A stretch of 64,000 nucleotides of DNA from Phoronis australis. Lineage: Eukaryota; Animalia; Phoronida. The stretch covers positions 224,204 through 288,203 of the forward strand of contig NMRA01000134.1 of NCBI GenBank assembly GCA_002633005.1. Reading direction: 5' to 3'. Each line of letters begins with the position of its first letter. The stretch's first letter is position 1. Under the pieces are notes generated by a model. The model worked only from the letters and a program-made list of their open reading frames with translations, searched no databases and was not told the DNA's origin. A program made the translations under genes and the position numbers. Below, piece after piece: positions 23,805 through 34,480 of the stretch.

Positions 23805-26800
23805 ATTGTGCGCCGAACAAGAGTGTGGAGTGTCAGTGTCGGTGGAACATGAGATTCAGTTTGGCGTAAGCCACACTTTGATCGGCACATTTCAGAGAAT
23901 CGTGTTTCGACCACACACATAAGCGGCGTTACAATGAAGGACTCATCACCAAGTAAGTGCATTTGCAAATTTTGTAAATAACGAACAAACTGCTTCCATT
24001 CTAGGGCGAGTGATGCCAGGCCCTGGACCCCGGCCCAGATCGAGTGCTACTACAAGTAGGCTTATGCATATTGTGTTTAGACTGTGCTCATTCCATCACG
24101 GCAATAGTGAATACGAGTAACCCAGGTTGGCTGTGGCTTTTTTCAGTAATTATTAAGTGTCTATTTTGTGAGTAGTGACCACCACTTGGTAGAGTTGGTT
24201 GTGGCTCACATATGTCATTTCTCGTGCAAGTGGGTCGAGTTCATACGGCCTGAAACCCGACGAACGTTCGCTAAATGGGAAATCGAATTCATTGTCTGAT
24301 TCTTCAAGTACTTGAGTATAAGTGCCCGTATCCACTCTCCTCTCTGTCTGCATAATAATTGTCCAATTCTCGCCTAATATTGTCATTGGACCTGCAGTGT
24401 TCCAACATTGCAAATGATTGTCAAGCGGCCAACCGTCTTCCACCCATTGCATCATTTGGCGGGAAACTTAGAAATAAGTAGTCTTTCTTCAAAATTAAAA
24501 AAGTTGCCACTATTTGGCATAAAAAGTGCCTATTTAGCAAGATTTTATGGTATTCGATTCATATTAGCTAACTGAAATCTGAAAAAGTAAGAAAATGCAT
24601 GGTGAGAACTCTTCAAAAACCCTTTGGCGCTTAAATTTACTTTCCTAGGTGCTACGGGTTCACAAAAGCAATGACACGACTTTCTTTTATCACTGTAGTG
24701 TCATAGTTCTGTTGTAGGAGATGACGAGGGTTGATGACATGTGTTAGCTGTCCGTGCTGACCTGGTAATTTGATATCGTTTGTCTGGCTCGGCTGCGTGC
24801 ATATGCTTAGTAAACTAAGCTAACACTGCTCTTCGCCAACAAAACCAACCCACACAATGAAATTAGCCATATGTCTCACCATTGAAACGCATTCCAGCAT
24901 AGCCAATACATCAGTTGGTTCAATGGGTGAGGTATCACCAAATATAAATATTCATCTTTGAAAGTGCAGTAAGAGTTGAATGTGCTTTGAATGGCAGAAA
25001 TTAACGTGATCTTGGTCTTCCGCTCAAACAGGTTTGGCACACAAACAGGCATGTACACTCTATCCAAGAAGATCGGTCTCTTGTCTCTTATCAGTTAAAG
25101 ATGTGGGAAAGTGACACAAAGTGTCGTGCACAATTTGACAACAAAAACATCTTTGATTTAAAAAAACAACTTTACTAAAATGAGCTCTTTTAACGAAAGT
25201 CTAATTAGCAGGTTTGTTGCCAAGGCGGGCCCAGCGCACTGCCTTTGTGGGAAGAGGTAGTCAACGTATTAGGATAATGGATAGCAGCATAGGCAGAAAG
25301 CTTTTTGAGAAGGTTTAGTCTGTCATATCTGTGACCGATTCAGTGATGAAATAAAGGTTACTCCGGTTTGGAAACCAGTTGTGCATGTCACTGCCGACAT
25401 TACGGCTAACCCCAAATACGTGTAGTTTAGTCCTTTTTGCCCGTAGGGGTAGGTAGGTAGGTAGATATGTATATATCAGATAGGGCTACTTGATACGGGT
25501 GTGCCGATTAGTTGGCTGTTATTTTTTTTTTATTTTTTTTTTTCGTTGCAGATTCCTCAGCTGCACTGGTCCTCAGGACACGCGTTTTCTGAGCCTAATG
25601 GTGTGGGGTGGAAAAGTTTCCATCCCGTGGTTAGTGCTGTTGTCAAATCGTAGAGAAATCGCTCAAGTCGATCAAATAGTCTTGACCATAGTGACCGGGG
25701 CTTTAAAAAGACACAAATTTTCTGAGATTAGCCGCAGTCTCGCATCCAGCCTCTTGATTCTGGTGCACAACCATGACCTTGTTGTTCTTTATTGTAGTGT
25801 TCAATGAAAAACGCGAACCGCTTATGAAAGCATGGACCTGTGCTTAGAGTGAATCAGTGAATAATAAGTGATTCAAGTGCATGTGTCACGAAAATTTTTA
25901 AAAGTTAACCGGAGTTTACAAAATCCGCGTCAGCATGAGTGTTAAACTAGGCCCGAGTCATGTTAGATTAAAGTGTGTCGATCAAAGGAATGTGGGTGAG
26001 TGGTTACTGTGATTGAAAAGTTGCTAAACAATGTCGCTCCTGGTTCTTCATGGAGGATCTTAGATTCCATAAGGGGTGGGAAATGTCACTGACTTTCGAA
26101 AAAAAAAGTGTTCGTGTAGCACCAAAAAAACTGCATGCCGGTGACTCTTTTTGACCGTGTCCTGAACCTCCTGAAGCTGCCTGGCCTATGACAAATAGTT
26201 GCTGTATGATACTATACTTTAGACTTAACACGACTATAACGCCCCTTCCGTGAGAGAAACCAAGTTTTGATTTAGCCCACTTACCTTTAGTAAAATCAAT
26301 CTAAAGTTGTCCGTTAATCAAAACAGATGTGATTCCTGGGCGTGGGACAAAGTGGTAACCCGTTATTCATCAGCTTGAGGTAAGATGTACAAGCTATCTT
26401 GTCACATGATTGGTCTCCGTCGACCAATGACTAACTGTCAGTTTGCAAGACCAAAATCTTTTCTCGACATCCGATTAAGGACGGAACGTGGGTTTATTGT
26501 CGTAATAAAATTTTCATGAAAAGATTAGTTGTATTACCTTATTGGGATTGTTTTTCCTAGAAGTTTCTTCTCAAACTATAAAACGGCGAATTTTATTTCC
26601 AAGCAAACAAAATGGTGAACAGCGGACTAGATAGGCCGACTGGATAGACATAGTGGCCGGGGTTTGACTGAAGAAATCGCCACAAATATGTAATTACATT
26701 CTTGATCCGCATGGTCTCCCTAACCAATTGACTTATCGCAAGCTCCGTCCCTTTGCGAAAAGTCAGGTGACACCCGACAAACAAACAAACAAACAAGAAA

Positions 26801-26814
26801 CAAACAAACAAGAT

Positions 26815-27035
26815 GTCATAGGCAAGTACACTGTCGCTAAACGACGTTCCTGGTGGAATCGATGAGTGTTTTTGCACTATTTGAAAACGCCTCGACAAAC
26901 ACAACAGGTGATGCTTTTCAGCAGAGAATCGCACGTTCATGATGTGGGAATTTGTAAAGGCGACGATGAAAAAATAAGTGTTCGAGGAAAAGTATTTCGG
27001 AGCCAGCGAAAACCCAAAGAGCCCCACAGGGGATT
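26815..27035 (+). pseudogene. N-terminal remnant of the putative ISL2EU second ORF
   Basis: SRESHVHDV..VRGKVFRSQRKPKEPH resembles, from memory, the segment preceding SWIM/YqaJ domains in such proteins. Frameshifts and stops upstream. Confidence 0.4.
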
Positions 27036-27824
27036 CAACTTCACCTGTCGAATGACAAGGCCACTTATGTTTATGTAAATCTGGGTATGTATCTTAAAGT
27101 CGAACGTTCTGTACGATGCCACAGATTTCAGGATCTTTCGAACAAAATCAGTGAAGATTCACTGAAATTTTTATTCTGTCGTCTGCTAAAATCCGCGTAA
27201 TGAAAAGTAGGTCACAACACAGGTGGGACTCCCGAGTAAAGTAGGTCGAGTCGATAGCACTGTCTACGCTTTTCTAAACTTATAACGAAATGTTTTGATT
27301 ACAAAACTCAGGTTCATAGCTCAGGTGCACACTCATCTCGTCCTAGTCAAGCAGTTTGCTCCGGTAGATCTAGGGCTGTGCCCAAATCAAATTAATGCGT
27401 GGAAATTGGCCGTAGTTGCACCATTAAGACATTTAAGTTAGGCCAACCTTCTGGTGAACTTCGCATTGTTTGTACTTTCATTGCATAAAGGTACCTTTTA
27501 GTTAATTTTAAACGTAGCATGATTACTAAGCTGTGGTATGGTTACAAAAGATGACAAGTCTCAGTGGTGTAGTGACAAAAATGGCTATTTACAAAAATAA
27601 TTCAAATCCATTTTTAAAGCTTCATAAATTTAAATAGAACAACCTCAAAATGAGCTCTCTCTAGCTAGAGGTTCTCATCAAAAAGTAATTCAGCTCTTTA
27701 TTTTTGCGAACAAGGCTTTGAGTTCAGTAATCAAGTGCTCCTCCCTGTGCCGATCGAATCTCTCAATTTCGGAGAGAAGTTCAGTTGAACGCCAGCCTAC
27801 AGGTATATGAATAACAAAAAATGT

Positions 27825-28747
27825 GCTCAAGGCAAAATATAAATTGGTAAATTCTCAAATTCTGAGTTTTAATTCAATATGTATTGTTTTATCTAGAAAA
27901 ATTGATCAAGGTCATCAGTGATTGGTTGGCTGCAACAATAAAATTTGCTTAGATTATAATAAAATTCCAAAAGAAAAAATCAAGAGTATTTTGATACACA
28001 AGTATTGCAAAAAACAGACAATTATGAAAAATTGTTGCAGCATTACTCCAAACAAGATATCCGAAAAATTTATTCCTTGCCTTTTACACTTCCCCTGGAA
28101 CCATGCATTAAATCTTTTAAGTATATGTTGTTATATAACAGAGTGTATACTAACTCTTTGTTATATAAGATGAAGATTGTTAATTCAGATAAATGTTCCT
28201 ATTGTAATCTAGTACAGAGTACTGAACACATGTTTTTCCTTTGTGATGTAGTGCAAAGATTGTTGATTAATGTTCAGGATATTTTGACATCTTCCCTTAA
28301 GGAAGAAGTCAGAATAACCAAAAATGAAAGCATGTTTTGCCATTTAGGTTCTGAATTCTCCCTGTTGATTAATTATGTTATCACTATCGCCCAATATTTT
28401 ATTTATTTACGTAGCCAACAGCACTTGTATCCAGATTGGTCTGCCCTTAAAATATTCATGTCAAAATACATTAAAATTTCAATAGTTAATTTTCAAAAAC
28501 AAAAAGAACCGGACAATATTTATATTAAAATGTGGGAGAGCCTCAGTGCTGCCATGCAATGAATCTGTAATATCTGTAATATACTTAACTCATATATTGT
28601 TTAGTGGTATTATCATTAAATGATGAAGTGTGTGAATGAGTGTGCGAGTGTGTGAGTGAAAGCCCTTGCCCCTTTTCCTTGTTCACCCTTTCACCCTTTA
28701 AAAATTATCAATGTATATTATTGAAGAATAAAATTATGAAAAAAAAA
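27825..28747 (+). mobile_element. 5'-truncated L1/Tx1-clade LINE (ORF2 C-terminus, 3'UTR, polyA)
   Basis: ORF 28005-28562 has the zf-RVT pattern (LLYNRVYTNSLLYKMKIVNSDKCSYC..TEHMFFLC). AATAAA and A-tail at 28727-28747. Candidate TSD AAAAAATGT at 27816-27824 and 28742-28750. Confidence 0.85.
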
Positions 28748-28934
28748 TGTACCTTTTCTACGAAACAAAACGATGTTCATTAGGTCGAAATAAATGAAAA
28801 ATAATAAAAACCCCCTTAAAAACAACAATTCCTGGGAACTGTACCTCTAGACTAGTGCTGAGATCCAGCAGGTGCCGAGACAAAGGCGGCCAGACGAGTG
28901 AAACTCCGCTGTCAAAATCAGATAGGCCTACACT

Positions 28935-29156
28935 TTAGCCACCAAACTGAAAAGTGCGTATCTTGGAACAAATATATTTGTGTTTAACCTTCACGTAATC
29001 AAGCAACATTGCCAAGTTCAGCTGCTCGTGTGGCCGTTCGCACAGTTTCATCCATAGTTTACACCTTTCGACATCAATTTTCGGCTCAGGAGATGACCGA
29101 AAGGACGGGATATTCTTTTCCAGCTGCATAACGGCTGTCGGAATTAAACACGCCAT
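28935..29156 (-). pseudogene. THAP domain remnant (transposase N-terminus of the ISL2EU-like element)
   Basis: PEPKIDVERCKLWMKLCERPH..KYICSK matches the THAP P..W..CxxH spacing. Degenerate. Confidence 0.6.
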
Positions 29157-31499
29157 ATCAACACCGTTTCAACATTCTTCTCACATAATTTCTTGAGCTA
29201 GAGACTAAAATAAGTATTACAGGACAACGTCTTGTTTGTCTGGTAAAATGGCGGCTTGGAAACGCAGGTGTGTCAAGAACGCTGCGTTCTGATTGGTCAG
29301 ATAAGCCGTCAGTCATAACCCTGGCTATAGGTCAATTACAAGAACGCATGGATAGGTCAAAGGTCATGGAGCTAGGGGGTTCACACCATAAGTAACTCCG
29401 AAACATGGCTGGTTTGGAGCGGCGGCCCATGACCGTGCTAATGTCAAAGTGGGCTGTCAAAGCTTCGCCGTCCACGGGCCTGTATCGCGCCTGGAACCGC
29501 GCTATAGCATTTTAATACCTATTCAAATAATTAAAAATTTTAACAACGTGTTTTGTGTATATGAAAATATAGTAGTGTTTCATTTCAAGAACAATTTTCG
29601 CTGAAATTCCTTAAATTCAATGGAATGCAGGAAATGAAACTTATTAAACAGATACGACATAGCCGCAAATCGTTTCATAAAACCGGAATTTTGTTTCCTG
29701 GGTTGCACAACACTACCACTTACATGAGTCATTATGCACTGTCCCAGTCCCTGGGTGGCGAGACGGTTGTTGCCTGAGTCGCGCAACACTACCACTTACA
29801 TGAATCATCATGCACTGTCCCAGTCCCAGGGTGGCGAGACGGTCTGGTCCAGTATGCTATGATGTTGGCATGCAAAGGAAAGTGCACTGTTTCACAATAT
29901 ATCTCACGCGCTTGAACGGTAGTTGGCAGTCCCTCAGTGTCTACTATAGTCAATGAAAAACACTGTGTTATATTTCAGAGATCGAGGAGTTATCTCAAAG
30001 ATGCTCCGTAGTCACTTGGAAATCAAATGGGTACAACAAAGAACAGTGAACTACAGAAAGGGGAACGATATCGCTTCTGTGAGGGACACCTATGCAATAA
30101 TGGAAATAATGTACTTTAGTATAGAGAGACTATCTAATATAAAGGAAATAAAAGCAAGCCAACTATTTCCTATGTTTCACCAGTTAATAACAATGAAGGA
30201 GACTTCGTTAACTTCAGGAAAGACATCGATGAATAAGTCTTCGTTAACTTCAGGAAAGACATCGCTGTAGACAATATTCGATTTCGTTTGATTGCGACCC
30301 CCAGATTACGGTGATTGGCGTTATATATTTTCTTCTGATAGTTAACTCCACGCGAAGGATAAAATTAAATGTACTTGAAAGTATAGGTCTTCTCACGTAT
30401 TCCAGCACAGAGAGCACGAGGTTAAGGGAACTAAATTCTATTTTGATAGTTTTATTTTGTCTGTATTTCAGAAATGTACGAAGGACCATTTGTCATGCCA
30501 GAAAAAAATAAAAATTGAATCTGTTATAACTGATTAAAATTTGTAACTATACGCATTTGCCATCTGTTGTTACAGGTTGTAAATCCGTAATTACATATTG
30601 GTGGCGTAATAGCAGATTGTCAACCTGCAGTAGCAGATTCAAATTTTATTTTCTTCTGGCAATAATGGATTTTCGTATGTTTACCCCTGCTCATATATAG
30701 GCAATTGTTTATAGGTTGCATATTATGCTATCGTAGTCTAACCATCACGTTATCGTTTGACCAGATGTTGCTTGAGCGTTCTTTCCTTGAACAGTAGGCA
30801 TTATTCGAGAGCTTTAGACTGGGCGGAAAACTTCAGAAAGTAACTTAAGTTTCTCTTTCTATTTGCAGTATTATTTGTGTAGTTTACGTTTGTTAGGGGT
30901 TTATATTTACCGTACGCGTAGGTCTGCTAAACTGTACGCCTGGTGTTCCTTAACTTGTAACGACTACTTGATGGTGATTTAGTCGAATGCGGGTTCGAGC
31001 CCCGTGTGCTTGACGAGCCTGTTGAGTGAAATATTTAGAATACTTTTGGTATGTTAGCCTACAAGCGTCATTATATTTTAGATAACCTCCTCTTCAATAA
31101 GAAATAAACGTTTAAAGAAGTTGACGCGTTGTTCAATTACTCACTTCGGCATCAGTTAGATCATGTGTAGACAGGTCGTAGGTTAAGACATTTTAGTCTA
31201 AAGAGACTTCTGTTAGTGCATTCATTTTTTTTTGATTACTCATTTTCCGATTCGTAAAAAATCTAAGAGTTTCTTAATTTAAAAAGATTCAAGTGGAGAG
31301 TACCATTGAATTAAGCAAAATAAATTATAAGTATTGAAGGGACATTTGAAGGCAGAATTAGTGGAACAGTATATACGCCACTGGCATGATGTTGAGTTCA
31401 TTTCTAATATCACTCGCCAGTATTAACATAACATGTGGATGAATTGTGAATCGTATCTTCAGTGCATGGCAGTTGATATATGACAGAACATTGGCGGGG

Positions 31500-31865
31500 G
31501 GTGGAATGCGTCTCATACCTACATGGGTGAGACTAAGCGATCCCTAGGTACCAGAATCAAAGAGCACAACAAACTGGACAAGTCCACTGGCGTGGGAGAA
31601 CATCTGGTAACTTCTGGCCATACTGTATGTGGTAAACATACCAAGATCCTGGCTAAAGAGGGAGCTGGTTCTCAAGAAAGGTTAAGGAGTCCATATATAT
31701 CAAGACTAACAAGCCTACCTTGAATCGAGATCAAGGACTACGACGTCATACTACTTCTGGAGAACAGAACGGCGGGAAACCTGGACGTCCCGTCACCAGT
31801 CGTTGACAAAGGATTGTAGATAGTAGTCCGAAACGTACGAACTCATAACATTTTAGTCTCTCAGT
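31500..31865 (+). mobile_element. Penelope-like retroelement 3' fragment (GIY-YIG endonuclease plus pLTR)
   Basis: YMGETKRSLGTRIKEH..VGEH..GH, then after a frameshift RKVKESIYIKTNKPTLNRDQG. These are typical PLE GIY-YIG motifs. Confidence 0.85.
31797..31843 (+). ncRNA. Degenerate minimal hammerhead ribozyme of the Penelope pLTR
   Basis: AGTCG-TTGACAA-A-GGATTG..TAGTCC-GAAA-CGTA-CGAACT: a variant CUGANGA box, stem II, GAAA, GUA triplet and short stem I. Confidence 0.45.
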
Positions 31866-32109
31866 TGATTCTACTTATACCATAGCTTCGCCGAGACTAT
31901 GAAAAACCTTTTTTCAATCATCATTAGCATACAATATGCAAATAAAGCGCAGTGAAATGAAAAATAATGGAAAACATTCAGTCTTCTCATACCACAAACA
32001 TCAGAACGCAAATCCCACTTCCAGCACAGCAACGCCTGGCGCGCTCGCAACAGCAGCAGCAGGGGAGAAAACCAGAGCAGCACCGAGCGTTGAAATGCGC
32101 CCACGAATG

Positions 32110-33927
32110 CACCACAAACGGTATCCTAAAATGGCCAGTAGACGGCGCAAAATACGTCGAATCCATTCAGAAATGGCAACATGTCATCGTTTTTTTTAAT
32201 AGAAAGCTATTTAGAAAATTTCATGAAAATCCGTGAAAGAACTTCAAAGAAACAGGATATTGGAAAAATGAAATTGCCACTAGGGGCACACATGGGCGAC
32301 GCAGCGCTGAAAAAAGTGGGACGCTAAAGCCCCTTCAGCCCCCCCTGTGGTGCACCGCCTATAGACCATGTGCGGCGTAGCACTGGAAAAAGTGGGGGCT
32401 ATAGCCCCCAGCCCTTATGGTGCGCCGCCCATGGCACACCGTTCGTCGGACCCGTCTGAAAGTCGTCGTCCGTTTGTCAACTTCATATCCTGGAATGGAT
32501 TTAGGAGATACAGCTATGGAAGCAAAAAAAAACAGCCACTAGGGGGCGCCACAGTATTCAAAGTCGCCGAAAAATCATCGTCAACTGTCTTCTTCATACT
32601 AAGAAAAAATATGCCAATTTTCACAGACATCCTTAGAGCGGTTTGGTTGATAGACCCGAAAACAGTAAGGATGACCACTAGATGGCGCAAAATACGTCGA
32701 GTCCACCCGAAAATGGGAATATGTCATCATTTCTTTAATAGAAAGCTGTTTATTAAGTTTCATAAATATCCGTCAAAGAACTTCAGAAAAACAGAGGAAA
32801 ACGGAAAAAATGAAATTGCCACTAGGGGGCACAGCGATCGTCGGATATGTCTGAAAGTCGTTGTCATCCGTTGTCAATTCCATATAAATACGCTTATTAA
32901 ATTTAATAGACCTACTGCAGTGGGTTGAGAAGATATAGGTATGGATTCAAAAAAAAACAAAACTGCCACTAGGAGGCGCCAAAGTACTAGAAGTCGTTGG
33001 AAAATCACCATCACCCGTCCTCTTCACAGTAGGAACATACATGCCTATTTTTAAAACCATCGTTAGTGCGGTTTGGTTTAAAACTATCGTTAGAGTGGTT
33101 TAGTTGAAAAAGGGCCGAACACCAAAAAACAGTAAAAGTGGCCACTAGGTGGCGCAAAATGCCTTGAATCCATCTGAAAACAAAAGCAATGCGCCCTCTC
33201 ACTAATAAATAGCTATCTTCCAAGTTTTATGAAAATCCGTTGAGGATCTTTTAAGACAGAGGTAAACGTAAAAAAATAATATTGCCACTAGGGGCACACC
33301 GGTAGTCCGATCCGTCCGAAAGTCATCGTTGTCCTTTGTCAACTTCATAATTATAAATACACTTGCTAAATTTAATAAAGATCCTGCAGAGCGTTTACGA
33401 GATACAGCCATAGGCGCCAAATTAAACAAAACTGCCACTAGGAGGCGCCACAGTAGTCAAAGTCGTCGGAAATCATCGCCAGCCCCCTCTCTTCACAGTA
33501 AGAACATACACGACAATTTTTACAATCATCCGTAGAGCGGTTTGGTTGATAAGACTTGAGGACAAAAAAACAGCAAAAATGCCCACAAGGTAGCGCAAAA
33601 TTCGTCGAATCCTTCCGAAAACGGGAGGATAGCGTCACCTCATTTATAGATGCCTATGTGCCAAGTTTCATGAAAATATGTTGAGGACCTTTGAAGATAC
33701 AGAGGTAAACGTAAAAAAATAAAACTGCCACTAGGGGCCACACCAGTAGTAGGCTCCCTCCGAAATTCGATGTCGTCCGTGGTCAGCTTTATAGGAACAC
33801 ATCTGTCAAATCTCATCAAGATCCTGTGAGGAGTTTAGGAGATACAGTTGCGGACGCCGGACGCCTGGCTGACGACATACGCCCGGAGAGAGATGACGGC
33901 CATATAGATATGTGGGCGCATAAAAAC
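32110..33927 (+). mobile_element. Helentron/HINE-type element with higher-order tandem array (about 150-bp monomers, about 465-bp trimer)
   Basis: Eleven CCACTAG(G/A)NGGC-type monomers. 3' GGACGCC repeats and decayed hairpin ATATGTGGGCGCATA matching 13400-13468. Confidence 0.7.
32291..32433. mobile_element. CATG...CATG dimeric MITE inserted in the tandem array
   Basis: TIR CATGGGCG / CGCCCATG with exact 5-bp TSD GCACA (32286-32290 and 32434-32438). Confidence 0.8.
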
Positions 33928-33929
33928 TA

Positions 33930-34480
33930 GAGACCTATCAAGTCCCATCCAAGATCTTCGATCTATCACAGTATTAATGAGTCCGGCAAAATCTGCCGCC
34001 CGCACAGAATATGTATTGTTTCTCCGAGACACAAGACGATAAGGAACTGAACCAAATATATTCTGAATTTCATTCCTCCCCATGATACTGCGATCTCTCA
34101 GAAATACCGTTGCACTAACCGGAAGTGATTTGGCGAACACACGTGTATCATTTCTAGTCTCCTGCACAGACCCACGAGATTGGTTGGGGTCTTTTACAGG
34201 GCACTTTTCCATCCGCATTCTTGGAATATCATTGGCTGTTCCAATTTCAAGAAACAAGGCATCAGTTGTATAATAGGTCAAACTAGTTCACCAACATGGC
34301 GACTTCCAGTAAAAGAATGTCGATGGATTTACAGCCGTTTAAATCTCTCTGTTTGCATCGAACTCCCGCATTTCAAAGCTAACGAGTCAAGAAATACATT
34401 ACCAGTAACGTATACGAAACATTTTACGATAATTATCTTGTATACTATGCTGGATTCTGAAGTGATGTGACTTTTTACGA
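33930..34480 (-). pseudogene. Gypsy integrase remnant (end of core plus C-terminal domain)
   Basis: QTERFKRL resembles ERFNRTL. LPVSATVFLRDRSIMGRNEIQNIFGSVPYRLVSRRNNTYSV resembles the GPY/F C-terminal module. Confidence 0.7.

Larger units (their letters stand above)
26646..29334. mobile_element. Decayed ISL2EU-like element (AT TSD) carrying a nested L1
   Basis: Degenerate TIRs (AGACATAGTGGCCGGGGTTTGACTGA versus reverse-complemented right end TGACCTATAGCCAGGGTTATGACTGA), each flanked by AT. THAP remnant on - near the right end and a second-ORF remnant on + near the left end. Confidence 0.55.

Noticed and set aside
29711-29843. Short tandem duplications (also 1568-1640 and 30204-30265)
   Set aside because: Two-copy local slippage duplications with no further structure.
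30975-31010. tRNA or tRNA-SINE (GGTTCGAGCCC B-box)
   Set aside because: No convincing A-box or cloverleaf nearby.
32368-33638. 186-aa and neighbouring ORFs
   Set aside because: Chance open frames through a tandem array and MITE, with no domain-like content.
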